From: Marsupella aquatica
Taxonomy: Eukaryota > Plantae > Marchantiophyta
Reading direction: 5' to 3'
Length of the DNA stretch: 64,000 bases
NCBI GenBank assembly: GCA_973895155.1
Contig: OZ316899.1
Location: 372,001-436,000, forward strand
Position numbers and translations under genes: made by a program. How positions within the stretch are numbered: the stretch's first letter is position 1; every line of letters begins with the position of its first letter. Below, piece after piece: positions 58,864 through 64,000 of the stretch. Below the pieces are notes generated by a model. That model saw only the letters and a list, made by a program, of their open reading frames with translations. It did not search any database and was not told where the DNA came from.

Positions 58864-61800
58864 ATGTCTTCATCTTCTGAGATCTCCACCACAGATTCTT
58901 CCTCCTCCGATGAAGATATACCACCTCCTCCTCAACCTCACATGACTGCACCTCCTCCTCGTGGTCCACCCCGTCAGCTTTGCCAATGTGCCAAATGCGT
59001 GGGTCAGGTTTCCCAAAAGTCCTATATATGCACCCAGCATATTGAGAGATATGGACGTTACGGACGTCATACAACAGGGGCTTCCTCATCCCATGTGGTA
59101 AGTGTTTACGCCTTAGTTTCTACCCTATTTCCACATCGCAATGGTGAAGGTTTTTAATTTGACACCTCTTGTTGTTTGTTTTGGTTTGGATGGAATAGGT
59201 ATCTAGTAGGCCTAGACCTGCGGCATCAGCACCTTATGTCCCATCACAAGGTGTTCTAGATGCTATAGGCAATGCATTCTCACAAGCCTTGGGTCTAGCA
59301 ACAGCCCCCTCCAGTCCTAGGGCAGTTGGGGGTGAGCCTGTTGTCCCAAGAGGGAGAAAGCGTTCCAAGAGACGGCCCCGAGGGGATACTGATTTGTACA
59401 AGGCAGTGGTTACCGGTAGGTGGGGTGATTGTGAGTTTACTGGCAGATGTGTTCCTATCATCAAGGACTGGGATCCCCAGACTCTTGGTTTGCCACAAGA
59501 GCTTTCCTATGGTGAGGAGGTAGAGGTTGGGGAAGACGTTGGGTTATCAAACCTTCCACACTTGGGGATAGACATGGCTATGGAGTTTTTGCTTGTGAAG
59601 ACATCATTGTGGATACCGAGAGTGGTAGTGGTGGACGCAGTCGAGAAGGACCTACGTTGTTTCCTTATGGTGGACCCATCTACAAGAGAAGACATTGGAA
59701 CATGATCCTTGCACAACATCCTGAGTGGAAGACTTATGCCTTGGAGTTAGATACTTTTGATGGAAACACTAGGAGGTATAGTGAGCAGCGGGTGATAGAT
59801 GGGGACCCCATACGAACTGGGAATATAGCTGGTTTCATAAACAGTAATGTGGGGACTCGCCCCAAGCGTAGGCAAAATTGTGAGTGGGTTTTCATTGAGG
59901 GTCCTCCACCAGCCCCTTATGGCCAGACATATCATCATGACCATTGTCTGGTTGTAGCTACTAGGACCATTCACTCAGGTGATGAGTTGTTTACTCACTA
60001 TGTGTGGGATTAGAAAATGACCATACACATGGCGTTTGGCCACATTTTGTATTTACACCAGTACCGATATTATTTCATGTTTGCACACCCCCATATATTC
60101 TTCTACATGTTGTAACTATTTGCTTTGTAACTTTCAATTGTTTGCATTGTTTTTAGAATGTGCGACCCTCTCAAAATATGTTACCACGGAGATTGAGAGC
60201 AGCATATCGGGAAATGGGTATGCCGGAAGAAGGACAAGGCTCTGAGTCACATTCCTCATCAAGTGACAGTGGAAGCAACAACCCTGATCGCAATGTACCC
60301 AGAACATATGAACAGGTTATTGATGACCAAGATAGAGCCATGGATGATTTTATGGTTGATTGGTTTGGTGTTGACGTCCCTGGTGATGATGCTGAGGTGT
60401 CTGCTGATCAAGGAGGTCATGTGCCCCCCAATGATCCACGACCAAGACATACCCCCGAGGGACAGCGCCAATGGGAGGAAGCAGAGGAACATGCCCGAAC
60501 TCCTATCTATGAGGGTGCTCGTTTGAGTCATCTTTCTGTTATCTTGGGGTTGATGAATCTACAGGCCAAACACAAGGCAAGCAATGCCTTGTTATCTGAT
60601 ATGTTTGCACTTTGCCATGACCTTATGTTACCTTCTGGCAATGTGTTGCCAGGAACTTGGAAGGAGGCCAAGCGTGTTCTCTCATCAATTGGCATGGAAT
60701 ATCATATCATTCATGCATGTGTGAATGATTGCATGTTATTTCATGGGGCCGATGAGAAGAAGACACAGTGTACTGAATGTCATGAGCCACGATATGACCC
60801 CAACATGATTACAAAGAAGGTGCCAAGAAAAGTTGTTCGTTGGTTTCCCATCATTCCTCGGTTGTTGCACATGTACAGGTGTTCTGATTTGGCAGAGTTG
60901 ATGGTATGGCATAAGACTCATCGATCAGAGCCTGGTGTTATGCGGTTGCCAATTGACTCTCTTGCAGTCAAACATATTGAGGAAACATGGCCAGACTTTG
61001 CACATGATCCTCGTCATGTGAGGTTGGGATTGGCATCTGATGGGGTTAGTCCTCATGCCCTTGGAGGCAAGGGAAGACCTACATCAGTTTGGCCTGTGGT
61101 TGTGATGAATTACAACCTTCCACCATGGCTATCCATGAAGAAGGGGTTCCTCTTGCTGTCTTTGATTATTCCAGGTCCAAAAAAGGTGAAGAACTTTGAC
61201 ACTTATTTGGCACTATTGATTGGAGAACTCCAAAAACTGTGGGGTGGAGTGTGGGCATATGATGGCAGGAAAAATACAGGAGGCATTCCACGTGTATTTA
61301 AATTGAGAGGGGTAGTTTGTTGGACAATGCATGACTATCCTGGTAAGATGACTTTTTGACCATATGCCACCCTTCTTTGATATGCTCTTTAATATACTTG
61401 TTTGTCATGTGACAACCCTAACATTTAGTCTGGTTTTATTTTTGGTGTAACCAGGGTTTGGCTTTGTCTCTGGATTGCAAACTCAGGGGTACAAAGCTTG
61501 CTCCATCTGTGGTCCACAATTGCAAGATATGACAATTTGGTCCCCATGGCTTAGGAAGATTGTTTACATTGGGCATACAAAGTTTCTTCCGATGGGGCAT
61601 GAGATGAGGTCTGACCCACTTTTATTTTCCTCCTTTGACATGCCCCTTGGTGATATGCGGGAAATTCCGGAACCAACAACTTTTGGGCATTGGAAGTCAC
61701 TAGCTGATAGGGTGGCAGACCCTGATGATCCCCTCACCTTTGATGGTACTGGGTTGACGAGGTGGAGTATACTAGCCAGTTTGCCCTATTGGTCAGAGTT

Positions 61801-63573
61801 GAAGATCCGCCATCTTTTAGACCCCATGCACATAGAGGGAAATGTGGGGAAGGCGTTGATAGCTCATTTTATGGGGAGAAGGACACTAACTTCAGGGAGG
61901 CATGTGAAGAGTTGGAAATGCATCCAGATGTATGGGTACAAGTTGATCCTGCCACAGGTTTGGAACATCGTCCTTCTGCTCCTTGGGTGCTTAGTGTTGG
62001 CCAAAGACGTGAATTCCGGAATCGTATAGGGGAGATGCGGTTTCCTACAGGCTATGGTGCCAATTTGAGGAAAGCTTTTGGGATGGAGGACAATCACAAA
62101 TGGCCACGGTATCTCAAGACACATGACTATCACCGCTTATTGCAGCATATATTGCCAGTGGCAATTATAGGGTTGGGGACCAAAGAAGTGCAAGATGCCA
62201 TTTGGTCATTGGGTCGTTTGTTGAGATGGATATGCTCAAAGGAGATATATGTGGAAGAGATTCCTGGAATGGAGGTATTGGCTGCTGAGGTGGTTTGCAA
62301 GTTGGAGAAGGCCCTCCCTCCTTCCTTCTTTGATTGTCAGGTTCATTTACTTGTGCATCTTGTGAGGGAGGTTGTCATTGCTGGTCCAGTTCATTGTCGA
62401 TGGATGTACTGGCTTGAGCGTTACATGTCAGTCTTGAAGGCTTATGTACGTAACCGTGCACGAGTGGAGGGAAGCATAGCTATAGGATACTTGGCTGCAG
62501 AGAGCATGTTTTATTGTAGTAACATCTTGGCCACCATTGATCGGACTTTACCACGTACTTGGATGGAGGAGAGGCAAGAGGAGGAGGACCGTTTAACAGG
62601 AGCAACAAAAACACGCATGCTTACATCAACAGAGTGGACACAGTTGAATACATTCATGTTGAGTAATAGCAATGTCATGGATGAATGGAGGGAGTTTTAT
62701 GACAATGCCAAAAGAATGAGTCAAAGGGCAAGGATTTTTCCTAAGTTGCATGAGTTTATGAAGGAAAAGTTGGTTGAGTTGGATGGCATTTTGGCACAAG
62801 GAGGAGATGTCTCACAGTTTCCTACTATGACAAATGACATTCGGACCATTGTTCATGGCCCTTTGAGAGTGGTAACATCCAAGACGGCCATGTGGACCCA
62901 AGGGAGACACTTCAGGTTTCACTAGTTCCTAACCTTGTTTTTCATATTCATGTACTACTACTTAAGATATAGTAATCATTTTACTTAAGATAAGTGTGTT
63001 TTTCTCTTTTGGTATGAAAGGTTCCTCATAACATGATTAGTGTTTTTTGTGTAGTAGTAACAATATATGGGTCTTGTTAATTTCAGGATTTCTTCCCTTG
63101 ATGAGAAGAGGGCTCGTACTTTTGATTGTGGAGTTCAAGGGCAGTTTTGTCAGGACTCCCGGAGTAGCCGACATGACAGGAACATTGTTCGTGATGTTGT
63201 GCCACACTATGGGAAGATAGAGGAGATTTTGGTGGTCTCATATGACAACCAATCTAAGTTTGAGGAGTATGTCTTCAAGTGCAAGTGGTTCAAAGTGAAC
63301 CTTGTTGGTAATAATCGCACTGTACTCCAAGATGAGAGTGGGTTCACACGGTTGAGGACAAGTGCCACTAGTTTTCAAGCATCTCATTGGCAAACGTCAG
63401 AGCCATTTACTTTCCCATCTCACTTGGAGCAATGTTTCTACGTTCCATACCCCTTAGACCCAGAGTGGTCACTTGTCATCACATATGTGCCACGGTCTCG
63501 TTCCATTGTTTCAGACAAGCCAGACACTATTTTTGTGTCAGATGTAGAGGACATTGAAGGTGACCAAGTGTGA
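58864..63573 (+). pseudogene. CACTA transposase; predicted exons 58864-59097, 60157-61342, 61455-62915 and 63087-63573; frameshift near 61865
   Basis: IHACVNDCMLF, RLGLASDG, YNLPPW, HDYPG, HLLDPMHIEGNV (Transposase_21-like), LKTHDYH, HLLVHL...GPVHCRWMYWLERYM (DUF4218-like), HYGKIEEI...FKCKWF...EPF (DUF4216-like); GT-AG junctions keep the frame. Confidence 0.9.
59199..60013 (+). pseudogene. SET-domain exon in the first transposase intron (1-bp frameshift near 59575)
   Basis: GLSNLPHLG..HGYGVFACEDI...LFPYGG...GNIAGFINS...RQNCE...LVVATRTIHSGDELFTHY; the acceptor AG at 59197-59198 is in phase with the exon 1 donor. Confidence 0.8.
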
Positions 63574-64000
63574 GAGACACTTATGGATATTTAAACCAAA
63601 AATCTATATCATGGATTGTTCATGTTGTTTCTTAATTAATATTTCATACACCATTAGTGTGGTAGGTATTTTCATTTTGGACTCCTACTTTCAAAAGAGG
63701 TCATGCATATAAGTGACATGGGTACTCCCTCCCTTATCCCTCCTCCCTCTTTGAACCCAAACTCTCCTTCCTCTTCCAAAAACTCCATAGCTTTTTCTCC
63801 TCCCTCCCTCTTCGCTAAAGTCTCTCCTATTTTTAGTAAACCCTCTTTGGACTCCCTTCTTCCTCCGTCCCTCATCCACCTTCCAACTCCCTTCCTCCCC
63901 CTTTCACCTTTCACCTCCCTCCCTCCTCCTCCCCCATTCAAACTCTAACCTAGATGCACACACAAGTCTAACATAAACGTTTGCAAACTGTTTGCGAAAC

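Larger units (their letters stand above)
54847..64000 (+). mobile_element. CACTA (En/Spm) DNA transposon, right end outside the window
   Basis: CACTACAAC at 54847 followed by dense TTGCGAA/TTCGCAA subterminal repeats; the same motif reappears at 63975-64000; TnpD-like transposase inside. Confidence 0.9.

Overview
Plant nuclear DNA, most likely from a non-seed land plant such as a bryophyte (inferred from the TE lineages). It is almost entirely nested transposable elements around one intact host gene, a two-exon Cullin-3 (minus strand, 48420-51323). From left to right: the 3' part of a non-chromoviral Ty3/gypsy element with a long extra ORF (1-~7194); a broken minus-strand gypsy gag (~8900-15922); a Bianca-type Ty1/copia containing a nested non-autonomous relative (16467-26390); three copies of a ~1.3-1.5 kb element with AGT...ACT termini and perfect 5-bp TSDs; a young 9.6 kb gypsy element (32242-41814); CUL3; a degenerate PIF/Harbinger; and a CACTA element running off the right edge. 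Two systems stand out. (1) The 32242-41814 gypsy encodes one reading frame gag-protease-DNMT3-like C5 DNA methyltransferase-RT-RNaseH-integrase-PHD finger. Instead of two LTRs it has split direct repeats (A1-internal-B1-GC-A2-B2), an architecture known from tyrosine-recombinase retroelements, yet it has a DDE integrase and a 4-bp TSD. (2) The CACTA element carries a SET-domain exon inside the first intron of its transposase gene, apparently sharing exon 1 with the transposase by alternative splicing. All domain calls come from motif recognition by eye; no searches were run.
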